This document shows, piece by piece, positions 36,505 to 44,956 of a stretch of DNA of 44,956 bases. The notes under the pieces are model-generated. The model was not told the origin of the DNA. It ran no database searches and saw nothing but the letters and a program-made list of their open reading frames with translations. The DNA lies in the NCBI GenBank assembly GCA_965652995.1, contig CBFGYQ010000001.1:1-44956 (forward strand). Direction: 5' to 3'. This stretch comes from an uncultured bacterium (GTDB lineage Bacteria > Bacteroidota > Bacteroidia > Chitinophagales > Chitinophagaceae). The first letter of the stretch is position 1. Each line of letters begins with the position of its first letter. The position numbers were made by a program, and so were the translations under genes.

Positions 36505-36558
36505 AACGATGCTCAATAGTAGCAACCAAGATGACTAAATAAAGAATAACAAACAGAA

Positions 36559-38847
36559 TTGAAAAACAAACTAACTCTTTTATACATTCTCACTTTCACA
36601 TTGCTTGCGTCATCATGCAGTGTCACGCGTAATTTAAAACCCGGAGAGACTTTGTATACAGGCTCTTCTGTAAGCGTGAAGAGTGAAGGATTATCGTCAA
36701 AAGAAGCGAAAGTGTTGAAGAATGATTTGGACGGAGCAATACGACCCCGACCCAATTCCAGCTTCTTAGGAATAAGGTTTAAGTTAATGATTTATAACCT
36801 TGGTGGTAAAAGTGAGAAAGATAAAGGTGTGAGAAAGTTTATTCGAAATTTGGGTGAAGCTCCGGTGTTAGGCAGCAGTTTCGATGCTGTGAAGAATGAA
36901 AAAATCTTAGAGAATATTCTTTACAACAAAGGATTTTTTTATCCTGACTTAAAATCGGAAACGGTTACAGATACAGGAAAGAAAACCACACGCGGAAAAT
37001 TCGAGATCGTAAGCGGTCCACAATATATCATCAAAGAAGTTTTCTTTCCCGAGCCGACAAATCTTATCACGCGGCATATTGATAGCATCAAAGACAAGTC
37101 TTTATTAAAACCTGATCTACCTTACAACTTAGACTTGATAAAAGGAGAACGAGATCGTATATCGCGCGCGCTTACTGAGAAAGGGTATTATTATTTCAAG
37201 TCAGATTATTTGCTAGATGTGGTAGATACTTCTATCGGTGACATGAAAGCGAATATGTACATGACGTTGAAGGAAGAAGAAATGCCGACGGAAGCTTCTT
37301 ATGTTTACAAGATAAACGATGTGCTAATTTATCCTAACTACCGCATCAATGCACGTAGGGAAGATACCAGTAAGAAAGGTGCGGTGTTTTATAATGGTTA
37401 TAATATCGTTGACAGAAGAAAGACTTTCAAGCTCCATGTTTTTCGTCAGGCTATGCAATTTCAACCCGGAGATATTTACAACAGAACCGAACAAAATTTA
37501 TCACTCAATCGTTTGGTGAATTTGGGAACATTCAAGCTTGTGAAAAATCGTTTTGAAAGTATTGACAATCCTGAAAATCCCTTGCTAAATGTATTCTACT
37601 ATCTCACTCCATATCCTAAAAAATCATTGCGTTTTGAGTTGGGTGTTGAAAGTCAAAACGATAGTCGTCTTGGCACACAATCAAGCATAAGCTGGCGCAA
37701 TAAAAATACGTTTGGTGGTGCAGAGTTGCTGACTGTGAGCCTTCGTGGTGGTTATGAAGCACAGTCGGGTGGTAGTAGTGGTGTGAAGCGTCCTCCGGCT
37801 TTGGAAGGTGGTGCGGAAGTGAGCATCAGCGTTCCACGTTTTTGGTTGCCGTTTTTTGATATTCTTCCCAGAGGAATGTACGTGCCTCGCTCCATTGCGA
37901 AGTTGGGTTATGATGCGACCATTCGTCAGGATCTATACCTAATTCATTCTTTCAATACTTCATTGGGCTATGTATGGAAGGAGGATATTCGTAAAGAGCA
38001 TCGTTTGTTTCCCATCAATATCAACTATGTAAGAACAGATACTTTAGCGAGCCAAAACAATGCATTAAACATTAACTATAGCAACTTGATCTTTAACGGA
38101 CTTATCATCGGACCTACTTATGAATACACGTTCAATAGTCAGGCTACGGGTATAAGAAGACACAATTTTTATTTTAATGGATTGATTGATTTTTCTAACA
38201 ATATTCTTGGTTTAGCACAAGGAGCGAATGACCCCCAAAATCAGAAGGAGATAATCGGAACACCCTATGCGCAATACATGAAATATCAGGTGGATGGTCG
38301 CTACTATATGAACTATCGCGTGCATAAGAATAATATGTGGGCGACAAGATTGTTGATAGGCTATGGCGTGCCTTATGGCAACTCCGATCAGCTACCCAAC
38401 ATCAAACAATTCTTTAGTGGTGGTGCAAGTAGCTTGCGAGGTTTTCGTTCGCGCTTAGTGGGCCCGGGTACATACAATGAACAATATCTTAATCCTGGAC
38501 AAACACCACAATTTGTCGAGACATTAGGTGATATCAAATTAGAGTTCAGTACAGAGTTGCGCACGCATATTTATCAGTTTATCAATACAGCCATATTTGT
38601 AGATGCAGGAAATATTTGGACACGCAAAGATGATCCGCGTTTTCCGGGTGGTCAGTTCACCAACAAATTTATGCAGCAGTTGGCAGTAGATGCCGGCATT
38701 GGTTTGCGATTAGATTTTGATATACTTATCCTTCGTTTAGATTTTGCATCTCCACTTCGCCGTCCTTGGTTGCCAAAAGGAAAAGAGTGGACATGGGATA
38801 GTGGCAGCAGACCTGTTTTCAATTTGGCGATCGGGTATCCGTTTTAG
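36559..38847 (+). CDS. Omp85/BamA-family outer-membrane protein, lipoprotein TamL-type partner of TamB
   Basis: 762 aa. A TTG start gives the lipoprotein signal MKNKLTLLYILTFTLLASSC. Has a POTRA-like region and a surface-antigen (D15) barrel ...FFSGGASSLRGFRSRLVGPG... ending ...FNLAIGYPF. Confidence 0.85.
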   Translation: MKNKLTLLYILTFTLLASSCSVTRNLKPGETLYTGSSVSVKSEGLSSKEAKVLKNDLDGAIRPRPNSSFLGIRFKLMIYNLGGKSEKDKGVRKFIRNLGEAPVLGSSFDAVKNEKILENILYNKGFFYPDLKSETVTDTGKKTTRGKFEIVSGPQYIIKEVFFPEPTNLITRHIDSIKDKSLLKPDLPYNLDLIKGERDRISRALTEKGYYYFKSDYLLDVVDTSIGDMKANMYMTLKEEEMPTEASYVYKINDVLIYPNYRINARREDTSKKGAVFYNGYNIVDRRKTFKLHVFRQAMQFQPGDIYNRTEQNLSLNRLVNLGTFKLVKNRFESIDNPENPLLNVFYYLTPYPKKSLRFELGVESQNDSRLGTQSSISWRNKNTFGGAELLTVSLRGGYEAQSGGSSGVKRPPALEGGAEVSISVPRFWLPFFDILPRGMYVPRSIAKLGYDATIRQDLYLIHSFNTSLGYVWKEDIRKEHRLFPININYVRTDTLASQNNALNINYSNLIFNGLIIGPTYEYTFNSQATGIRRHNFYFNGLIDFSNNILGLAQGANDPQNQKEIIGTPYAQYMKYQVDGRYYMNYRVHKNNMWATRLLIGYGVPYGNSDQLPNIKQFFSGGASSLRGFRSRLVGPGTYNEQYLNPGQTPQFVETLGDIKLEFSTELRTHIYQFINTAIFVDAGNIWTRKDDPRFPGGQFTNKFMQQLAVDAGIGLRLDFDILILRLDFASPLRRPWLPKGKEWTWDSGSRPVFNLAIGYPF

Positions 38848-38883
38848 AGAATAATTGTTGCATGGTTATAGCTAGCAAAATCC

Positions 38884-40545
38884 GTGCTGCCACGTATTAT
38901 TTTCTTGAAGTGCTTCTGCTACATTTATCCTATCAAAAAATTAAGTCAATACACGATTGCAGTATTTATTTTTTTAACTGCATATCCTTTGTGGTCTTCT
39001 GCAAACAAGGCAATGGATTCCCTCTATCAAAAAGCGCAGCAGAGTTTTGAAGTTGGCAATTATGCCATGAATTTAGAATACACTCTCAAAGCGTTGGAAC
39101 TAGCAGAAACTTGCAGTGATAAAGCCGCAGCAAATTTTAAAGTAGGAGGTTCTTATTATCATTTACAGCAAAAGACAATGGCCATTAGCTACTTTGCAGA
39201 AGCACACACTATCGCAGCAAATTGCAACGATTCGGTATTGTGGATTACAGCACGCGTGCTTGGCAGCACTTACTTAGAGTTAGGTAAAAGAGACTCATCT
39301 ATTTATTACTTAAAGAAAGCTGAAGCACTACTCTTGAAGACAACCAATTGGAGAGGTCTGGGAATGTTGTATGCCATATTTGGGGAAGTGTATAGAAAAG
39401 ATAAAGGGAAATACTATTTCGATCTTTCTGAGCAGTATGCCATAAAAGCAAATGATACGATAGTCAGGGCATTTGCAAACGTAAAGCAGGGATCTTTAGC
39501 AAGCGAAATAAATGAATGTGTCGAAGCCGAAAAATACCTTCAAAAAGCATTGGCACTTTATAGAAAAAAGCATTATGTAGAAGGAGAAATGTATGCTCTT
39601 ATCATTATGGCAAGGTCATATCGGAATTGTGGTGATGCACTGAAAACATACGAAGCTATGAACAAGTATGCTGCCTTAAGAGATTCAATATTTAAAAAAG
39701 AAACAGCTAATAAAACAGCACACTACCACACACTATACGAAACCGAAAAGAAAGAAAGAGAAAATTCGGAGCTTGTAAAGAATAGACGTTTATTAATTGC
39801 GTGTTTTGTTATCAGTCTTTTATTGTTAAGTCTAGGTTTTCTATTCTTCTATTCCAGATACAAATTAAAAAAACAAAAAGAAATAGAACAGCATAAAGCA
39901 GAACAAGAGCAACAACGATTTGCAGCGGTAATAGAGGCAGAAGAAAATGAACGTAAACGAATAGCAAGTGATCTGCACGACGGGGTTGGACAAACAATGA
40001 GTGCAGCGAAGATCAATCTTTCAATGCTGCAAAATGAGTTGCAATTTAAAGATGATAACCAATTGCATAGTTTCGAAAAAGTTGTGGGTCTGGTTGATGA
40101 AAGTTGTCGTGAGGTGAGAAGTGTTTCGCATAGTATGATGCCAAATGCATTGTTGAAATCCGGATTGGCAACTGCTATTAAGAACTTTGTAAATCAGATA
40201 GACCATAGAGCACTAAGCGTAGATTTTTATAGTGATGGCTTAAATGCTCCATTGAATACGAATAATGAAGTGGTTCTGTATCGTGTCATTCAGGAGTGTG
40301 TAAACAATGTGATAAAACACGCCAACGCTACGAAACTTTATATCTCACTCATAAAAGATGAAAATGAAATATCAGTGACGATTGAAGATAATGGAAAAGG
40401 GTTTGATGCTTCTAAAGCAGAGAATTTCGAAGGAATAGGATTAAAGAATATTCAAACTCGTATCAATTACCTGAAAGGAACGGTGGAATGGGATTCTGCT
40501 TTGGGGAAGGGCACTGTGGTAACTATTAATATTCCTTCAACATAA
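38884..40545 (+). CDS. Sensor histidine kinase: N-terminal TPR sensor region, TM, HisKA_3 + HATPase_c (NarL/LiaS-type)
   Basis: 553 aa. TPR-like units, TM LLIACFVISLLLLSLGFLFFY, coiled coil, H-box ERKRIASDLHDGVGQTMSAAKINL, N-box VIQECVNNVIKHANA, G-boxes EDNGKGFD and GIGLKNIQTRI. The start (GTG at 38884) is uncertain. Confidence 0.85.
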   Translation: MLPRIIFLKCFCYIYPIKKLSQYTIAVFIFLTAYPLWSSANKAMDSLYQKAQQSFEVGNYAMNLEYTLKALELAETCSDKAAANFKVGGSYYHLQQKTMAISYFAEAHTIAANCNDSVLWITARVLGSTYLELGKRDSSIYYLKKAEALLLKTTNWRGLGMLYAIFGEVYRKDKGKYYFDLSEQYAIKANDTIVRAFANVKQGSLASEINECVEAEKYLQKALALYRKKHYVEGEMYALIIMARSYRNCGDALKTYEAMNKYAALRDSIFKKETANKTAHYHTLYETEKKERENSELVKNRRLLIACFVISLLLLSLGFLFFYSRYKLKKQKEIEQHKAEQEQQRFAAVIEAEENERKRIASDLHDGVGQTMSAAKINLSMLQNELQFKDDNQLHSFEKVVGLVDESCREVRSVSHSMMPNALLKSGLATAIKNFVNQIDHRALSVDFYSDGLNAPLNTNNEVVLYRVIQECVNNVIKHANATKLYISLIKDENEISVTIEDNGKGFDASKAENFEGIGLKNIQTRINYLKGTVEWDSALGKGTVVTINIPST

Positions 40546-40549
40546 GTCT

Positions 40550-40849
40550 TTATTCTGTGTCCATTATTTTCCAAGCCTTCATGCCGCCTACCAAATTATA
40601 CAAATTGATATAGCCCATTTCTTCCAGTCGTTGAATAATGATTTGGCTTCTAATGCCTTTTTCACAATAAATAACGACATTATTTTCTTTTGAAATTTCA
40701 TCTTTTCTCTGGAGAATTTCTGAAAGTGGAATATGTGTACCACCGATATGAAATTTGCTTCTTTCCCAATCTTCACGTACATCTAAAAGCTGAAATGCTT
40801 TTCCCTCGTCCTTCCATTTTATAAGTTCTTGTGCTGTGATTTCCTTCAT
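40550..40849 (-). CDS. Rhodanese-like single-domain sulfurtransferase
   Basis: 99 aa. ...FQLLDVREDWE... and the active-site loop VVIYCEKGIRS. Confidence 0.85.
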   Translation of the reverse strand: MKEITAQELIKWKDEGKAFQLLDVREDWERSKFHIGGTHIPLSEILQRKDEISKENNVVIYCEKGIRSQIIIQRLEEMGYINLYNLVGGMKAWKIMDTE

Positions 40850-40907
40850 TTTCGCAAAGTTTATTTAAACATAAACAAACTTTATTGTATGAAACAAGTC
40901 ACAACCT

Positions 40908-40915
40908 TATTTTTG
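40908..40915 (+). promoter_or_regulatory. -7 box TATTTTTG upstream of the YceI-family gene
   Basis: Exact TAnnTTTG match, with 27 nt between the box and the ATG at 40943. Confidence 0.4.
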
Positions 40916-40942
40916 CCCCTTCTAAAAAATCAAAAATCAAAA

Positions 40943-41608
40943 ATGAAAAAAACGATCTTAGCATTAAGCGCGGTAACAACGTTATTTTTTACCGCTTGTC
41001 AAGATGCTCCTAAAGCAGACAATGCGGAAGCTACCGATGCACAACAAGTAGATGGTGCAGCCGCTGGAACAACTTACAATGCCGATCTTACGCAAAGTAC
41101 AGTACAGTGGACAGGTACTAAGCCTACCGGACAACATAACGGTACGTTCAATCTTAAATCCGGTACACTTACTGTTGCTGAAGGTAATATTACCGGCGGT
41201 AAATTTGTTTTGGATATCAATTCTTTGACTATAATTGATAAAGACACTTCTGGTGCCAGCAAGTTAAAAGGACATTTGTTAAGTCCTGATTTCTTCGATG
41301 CAGCGAATAATCCTGAAGCAAGTTTTGAAATCACAAGCGTTACAGCAGGTATAGACACTACTAATAAAGAATTAGTAATGAAAGATGCTACGCATACCAT
41401 CACTGGTAATCTTATGCTAAAAGGAACAAACAAAAGCATTTCTTTCCCTGTGAAGGTTTCTATGAGCGATGCTAATGTCACTGCAGACGCAAATTTTAAC
41501 ATCGATCGTACACAATGGGGACTAAACTACGGTAATGATAAAAGTCTAGGTGACAAGTTTATTAATCCTACTGTAAACATAGTCTTGCACCTTGTAGCTA
41601 ATAAATAA
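40943..41608 (+). CDS. YceI-family (polyisoprenoid-binding) lipoprotein
   Basis: Lipoprotein signal MKKTILALSAVTTLFFTAC from the ATG at 40943 (the track ORF starts earlier, at 40829, overlapping the rhodanese gene). YceI-like body ...STVQWTGTKPTGQHNGTFNLKSGTL...GHLLSPDFFDAANNPEASFE.... Confidence 0.85.
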   Translation: MKKTILALSAVTTLFFTACQDAPKADNAEATDAQQVDGAAAGTTYNADLTQSTVQWTGTKPTGQHNGTFNLKSGTLTVAEGNITGGKFVLDINSLTIIDKDTSGASKLKGHLLSPDFFDAANNPEASFEITSVTAGIDTTNKELVMKDATHTITGNLMLKGTNKSISFPVKVSMSDANVTADANFNIDRTQWGLNYGNDKSLGDKFINPTVNIVLHLVANK

Positions 41609-41629
41609 TTCTAATTTTTTTAGGAATGT

Positions 41630-41656
41630 AAAAGCACTCATTGATTGAGTGCTTTT
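41630..41656. terminator. Hairpin terminator shared by the convergent yceI-family and second CHAT genes
   Basis: Perfect 11-bp inverted repeat aaaagcactca / tgagtgctttt with the 5-nt loop ttgat and a T-run after it. The last six codons and the stop of the minus-strand gene lie inside the hairpin. Confidence 0.65.
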
Positions 41657-44600
41657 TGTCTCTTGTAAATCAATATAATGAATATAGCTATTGCGCTACA
41701 AACTATAAGTCCCCAAAATACTATCTCTCCAATATTGCTGGCATTTCCTGCACCGGCTATAGTCACATCATTACCTACTAGCACCAACCCAGACCAATAG
41801 AGTGGATTGTATAAAGCATCTTTATGCGTTTCTGAAAGGTATTGTTTTTTGGCATTGGTAAGAGATAGACTTGCTGTTAGCTTGTTTTGTGTATTGTCGA
41901 AAAAACTGCGAAGAACATTAGATGTTTGTTGATCGTCTATTGACCACAGACTCACCACAAGTGAATTACAACCTGCATAAGTGAATGCACTGGCCAATGA
42001 TATGACGCCTTCTCCACTTCTGATGCTTCCGTACCCTGTAGCGCAACCTCCTAGCACCACCATGCTTGCCTCCAACGGAGAGCGGTAGATTTCATAAGCG
42101 TGTAAGTAACCATCATTTTCATCTTCTGTTTTAGAAAAAACTAGCATAGAATGCATAGGATCTTCATCATCAGGAAATGCGTGTGTCCCGATATAGATAA
42201 CGTTTGCAGAAGCAGCTGTATGATTATATCGTGTTTCTGTTGCCGTGAAACCTGTGTAAGTGGATGCACTATACTGTTTACGGAGATCTGTGGCAAGTTG
42301 TTTAGCCCAGGGTTGTTGTAATAAAGTGCTGTATAAACTATCTTTTTCTAATGTCTTATCTTTTTCGTTTTCAAAACCGGGTGCAATAGCTATCCAGTTG
42401 CTTGTATTCTTTTCGATTGTTTGTTCTTTCAAGAGTAATGCAGCATTGAATGAATATTTCCAGTTGCGATCGTATATAGCATAGTGCAATTTTTGGAAGT
42501 ATTTAGTTTGTGCTGTAGGCTCTTTGGAGAGTAGCGACTCGAAACTTAAATAGCAAATTGCTTCATCTGGTATGATAATGATTTGATTTGCGTTAAGTAG
42601 TAATGGGTTCAATAATTTCTTATAAAGCAAACTACCAACTTTTGCGAAAGATGAAGGATCAGATTTAAGTAAAGACAAACGGTAAGTATTTACAAGGTCA
42701 GTCAAAGAGTCTGGGTGTATTTTTAAACTAGCAAATTTCAAATTATCAGCATCAATCTCTATCGCATATATATTATCGTTCGTTGCCGTATAAGAGATTA
42801 TTGCTGTCTGATTTTGTTTTGCATACTGTTTCAATTGCTCTATGTTAGTTGTTTCCGTATTTAGTTTCAATTTGTAATAAGCAGGATATTCTTTGCCAAT
42901 TTTTTGAGAGAAGATGGCATATTCTCTTTGTAGCTGCAGCAATTGTTTTTTCCAACCTATAGCTATACTATCTGGTATTTCACTGCTTGTTGCATTCAAT
43001 ACTAGTTTTTCCAATTGAGCTTTATTGATTCGTATGAGTTCTTCTTTTCGAATAATACTATCCGGGACTCCGGCAAATTTGTTGGCGTTGTAATGTTGTA
43101 GTGAGAGCCGGATGCTTTGAGCTCTTGTTAGTTCAGCAAGATCGAATGCCGTTTGAATGTATTTTTTATTGTTTGTAAGAGTGTAAAGTTTATGGCATGC
43201 AGCCACGCCATTTTTAATCGTATTTATTATTTCTTCCGCTTGTGCAAAATGACTTCCTTCCAGCAAAACATTCCCTAGAAATTCCTGATAAGCATTGGAT
43301 AGGTCTAAATATGACTGTAGACATTTCTCCCAATGGCTACTGTCATTATCGTTGTTTTGCGGTGCAAGTATTTCAGTTTTTAATGTCAACAATTGTAGGT
43401 GAGATCTGCTAATAAATCTTGATTGATTTACTGATGTAAGTGGATTTGTTTTGCTTTCAACCAATAATAAAGCCTGTTGTTTTTTATTATCAGTAAATAG
43501 TTGATAGGCTATATAGTAAGCACATTGTAGTACATACGGATGTTGACCGCTTCTTTGTTTTAGGAAAATAGTCAGGGCATTTTTGGCAAGTTTTGAACTT
43601 TGTTTATAATCTCCTTTTTCATGATAAAGTTTTGCTTGTTCTAATAACACTAAAGCGGTTTGGTCGTTGTCAAAACCTAACGTTTGTTGCTTTAAGTTCA
43701 AGGCTTTATTTAAGGCAACTGCTGCACTGTCATATAATTTCATTTTACGAAAACGTGTCCCTTGAAGTGAATAGATATCCGAAAACAACAAAATGGAGGT
43801 GTCGCCTATGCTTTTCAATACTTGTAGTGCCTTGTCTAAATAGATGCCTGCAATTGTTTCTTTCTCTGCATATATACAGCACTCGCTAAGTAGCATTAGA
43901 CTTTGGGCAAGTTCAGTATGATTTCTGCCTTTGTGTATTTCCTTGTAAATATCATATTGTCGTTGCGCATAATCCATCATCTGTGTTTTGAAACCAATGT
44001 CTTTGTAACACAATGCTATTTCCCCATAGATTTCCGCCAAATAGCTTTTGATATCAGTTTTCTTGACAGAATCTTCTGATGTCTGTAATAGTTGCAATGC
44101 ATTTCTATAATCTCCTTTTTTTCTAAAGCAACTTGCTATCAATAATTGATAATACGCTTTTGATTCTAATGGGGCGTTTGCTTTTAGTAAACTATCGTAA
44201 GCTTCTTGCAGATATGCAATGGCTTTATCATAATCTCCTAATGCATTGTAGCATTCTCCGGTATTTCCTATCACCCATGGCAAGTTAGACGATTCTTCTA
44301 TCAGACCTTTTCTTCTGCATTGTTTGTAAACTGAAATTCCTGATTCTCCATAATAGGCTGCATTCCAGTAGTTGCCAGTGTTAGATTCAGCAATGTTTAA
44401 GTAATCATACACATCTCCTATCAGTGGATGTTCATTCCCTAATAATCGTTTTCGTAAATCTAATGCCGCAAGCAAAGTATCTCTTGAAACGATTGGTAAT
44501 CCGGATACATAGAGCAGTTCACTTCTTCGTACCCAAATCTTGCTTAGTAATATAGAATCTACAATACTTTGATTTTTATAATGACTTTCCAATTCATTCA

Positions 44601-44913
44601 AAAACTGATGTGCCGGTTCTATTCGGTAAATTCTACTATTGGAGATAATGTATTTTTCCGACCAATCAATAATGCTATCCCATTGATTTTTTTGTTTGAA
44701 AACTTTAAAGGCTTTGTCCCATGTATAGATAGCAGAATCGTAACTGCCTTTTAAATAATAATCTAAAGCAGTCGCAGTAAGCGTTTGTGATGCTGTAGTC
44801 GGATGCTTTCTTTCTTTGCAGCCAATTGTAAAAACAAAAATGCATAGCAACATAAAGTTGTATGCATTTTTTGCATTTGTGATAGAAAAACTGATTTTAA
44901 GGCATGGTTTCAA
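41638..44913 (-). CDS. Second exported TPR-repeat + CHAT protease-domain protein with C-terminal membrane anchor (paralogue of 21538-24753)
   Basis: 1091 aa from TTG 44913. The alternative ATG at 44853 gives MLLCIFVFTIGC, a possible lipobox. TPR-like repeats. Shared EYPAYYK motif (EYPEYYK in the paralogue). CHAT core VIYIGTHAF (His codon 42181-42183) ... MVVLGGCATG (Cys codon 42043-42045). C-terminal TM IVFWGLIVCSAIAIFIILIY followed by KRQKALNQ. Confidence 0.85.
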   Translation of the reverse strand: MKPCLKISFSITNAKNAYNFMLLCIFVFTIGCKERKHPTTASQTLTATALDYYLKGSYDSAIYTWDKAFKVFKQKNQWDSIIDWSEKYIISNSRIYRIEPAHQFLNELESHYKNQSIVDSILLSKIWVRRSELLYVSGLPIVSRDTLLAALDLRKRLLGNEHPLIGDVYDYLNIAESNTGNYWNAAYYGESGISVYKQCRRKGLIEESSNLPWVIGNTGECYNALGDYDKAIAYLQEAYDSLLKANAPLESKAYYQLLIASCFRKKGDYRNALQLLQTSEDSVKKTDIKSYLAEIYGEIALCYKDIGFKTQMMDYAQRQYDIYKEIHKGRNHTELAQSLMLLSECCIYAEKETIAGIYLDKALQVLKSIGDTSILLFSDIYSLQGTRFRKMKLYDSAAVALNKALNLKQQTLGFDNDQTALVLLEQAKLYHEKGDYKQSSKLAKNALTIFLKQRSGQHPYVLQCAYYIAYQLFTDNKKQQALLLVESKTNPLTSVNQSRFISRSHLQLLTLKTEILAPQNNDNDSSHWEKCLQSYLDLSNAYQEFLGNVLLEGSHFAQAEEIINTIKNGVAACHKLYTLTNNKKYIQTAFDLAELTRAQSIRLSLQHYNANKFAGVPDSIIRKEELIRINKAQLEKLVLNATSSEIPDSIAIGWKKQLLQLQREYAIFSQKIGKEYPAYYKLKLNTETTNIEQLKQYAKQNQTAIISYTATNDNIYAIEIDADNLKFASLKIHPDSLTDLVNTYRLSLLKSDPSSFAKVGSLLYKKLLNPLLLNANQIIIIPDEAICYLSFESLLSKEPTAQTKYFQKLHYAIYDRNWKYSFNAALLLKEQTIEKNTSNWIAIAPGFENEKDKTLEKDSLYSTLLQQPWAKQLATDLRKQYSASTYTGFTATETRYNHTAASANVIYIGTHAFPDDEDPMHSMLVFSKTEDENDGYLHAYEIYRSPLEASMVVLGGCATGYGSIRSGEGVISLASAFTYAGCNSLVVSLWSIDDQQTSNVLRSFFDNTQNKLTASLSLTNAKKQYLSETHKDALYNPLYWSGLVLVGNDVTIAGAGNASNIGEIVFWGLIVCSAIAIFIILIYKRQKALNQ

Positions 44914-44956
44914 AACTTGTATACTTTATATCTTTTGTGTTTACAATAGTATTAGG

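Noticed and set aside
36042-36525. 154-aa and 92-aa minus-strand ORFs across the tamB tail and the intergenic repeat
   Set aside because: They are antisense to tamB and run through the CTCTGTG repeat element. The HRGHRVFEFTEF / LCALCE peptides are the typical translation artefact of this kind of repeat, not a gene.
38862-39050. 62-aa ORF with an ATG start just before the histidine kinase
   Set aside because: It is in a different frame from the kinase and overlaps its predicted signal/TM and first TPR unit. It has no motif. The kinase frame is supported over its whole length.
1-44956. Searched for rRNA, tRNA, tmRNA/RNase P/SRP-like RNAs, riboswitches, transposases, integrases, prophage or defence-island signatures
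   Set aside because: The intergenic regions over 100 bp (1063-1380, 15671-15861, 17351-17607, 26067-26262, 28982-29129, 31161-31268, 36360-36558) are AT-rich. They lack cloverleaf-type or conserved RNA motifs that I can recognise by eye. No ORF translation resembles a recombinase or a known defence protein other than the CHAT proteins. A covariance-model scan (Rfam, tRNAscan) would be needed to be sure.

Overview
This is a low-GC chromosomal segment that reads as Bacteroidota, probably Chitinophagia or Sphingobacteriia. The signs are T9SS C-terminal sorting domains, a lipoprotein TamL-type Omp85, HU/SPOR and DUF4783-type proteins, the futalosine pathway, and TAnnTTTG -7 promoter boxes. Most of the window is housekeeping: nnr (partial), gpmI, a QueD/PTPS-family gene, mqnB, alaS, ychF, atpG and tamB/tamL. 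These are interleaved with envelope and signalling genes. I found no rRNA, tRNA, CRISPR array, transposase or integrase. The best candidate for an undescribed system is a translationally coupled minus-strand operon at 21538-26066. It encodes an ECF sigma factor, a single-pass TPR anti-sigma-like protein, and an exported, C-terminally membrane-anchored TPR-CHAT (caspase-family) protease. A second TPR-CHAT paralogue lies at 41638-44913. Other points worth a second look are a C8 homopolymer exactly at the junction of a VWA ORF and a Pro-rich beta-sandwich ORF, a GC-rich CTCTGTG/CACAGAG REP-like element between tamB and tamL, a T9SS cargo protein with a CXXCH motif, a TonB-receptor/giant-TPR/beta-barrel cluster, and two promoters placed to give leaderless mRNAs. 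All calls come from reading motifs in the supplied translations and DNA. No searches were run.
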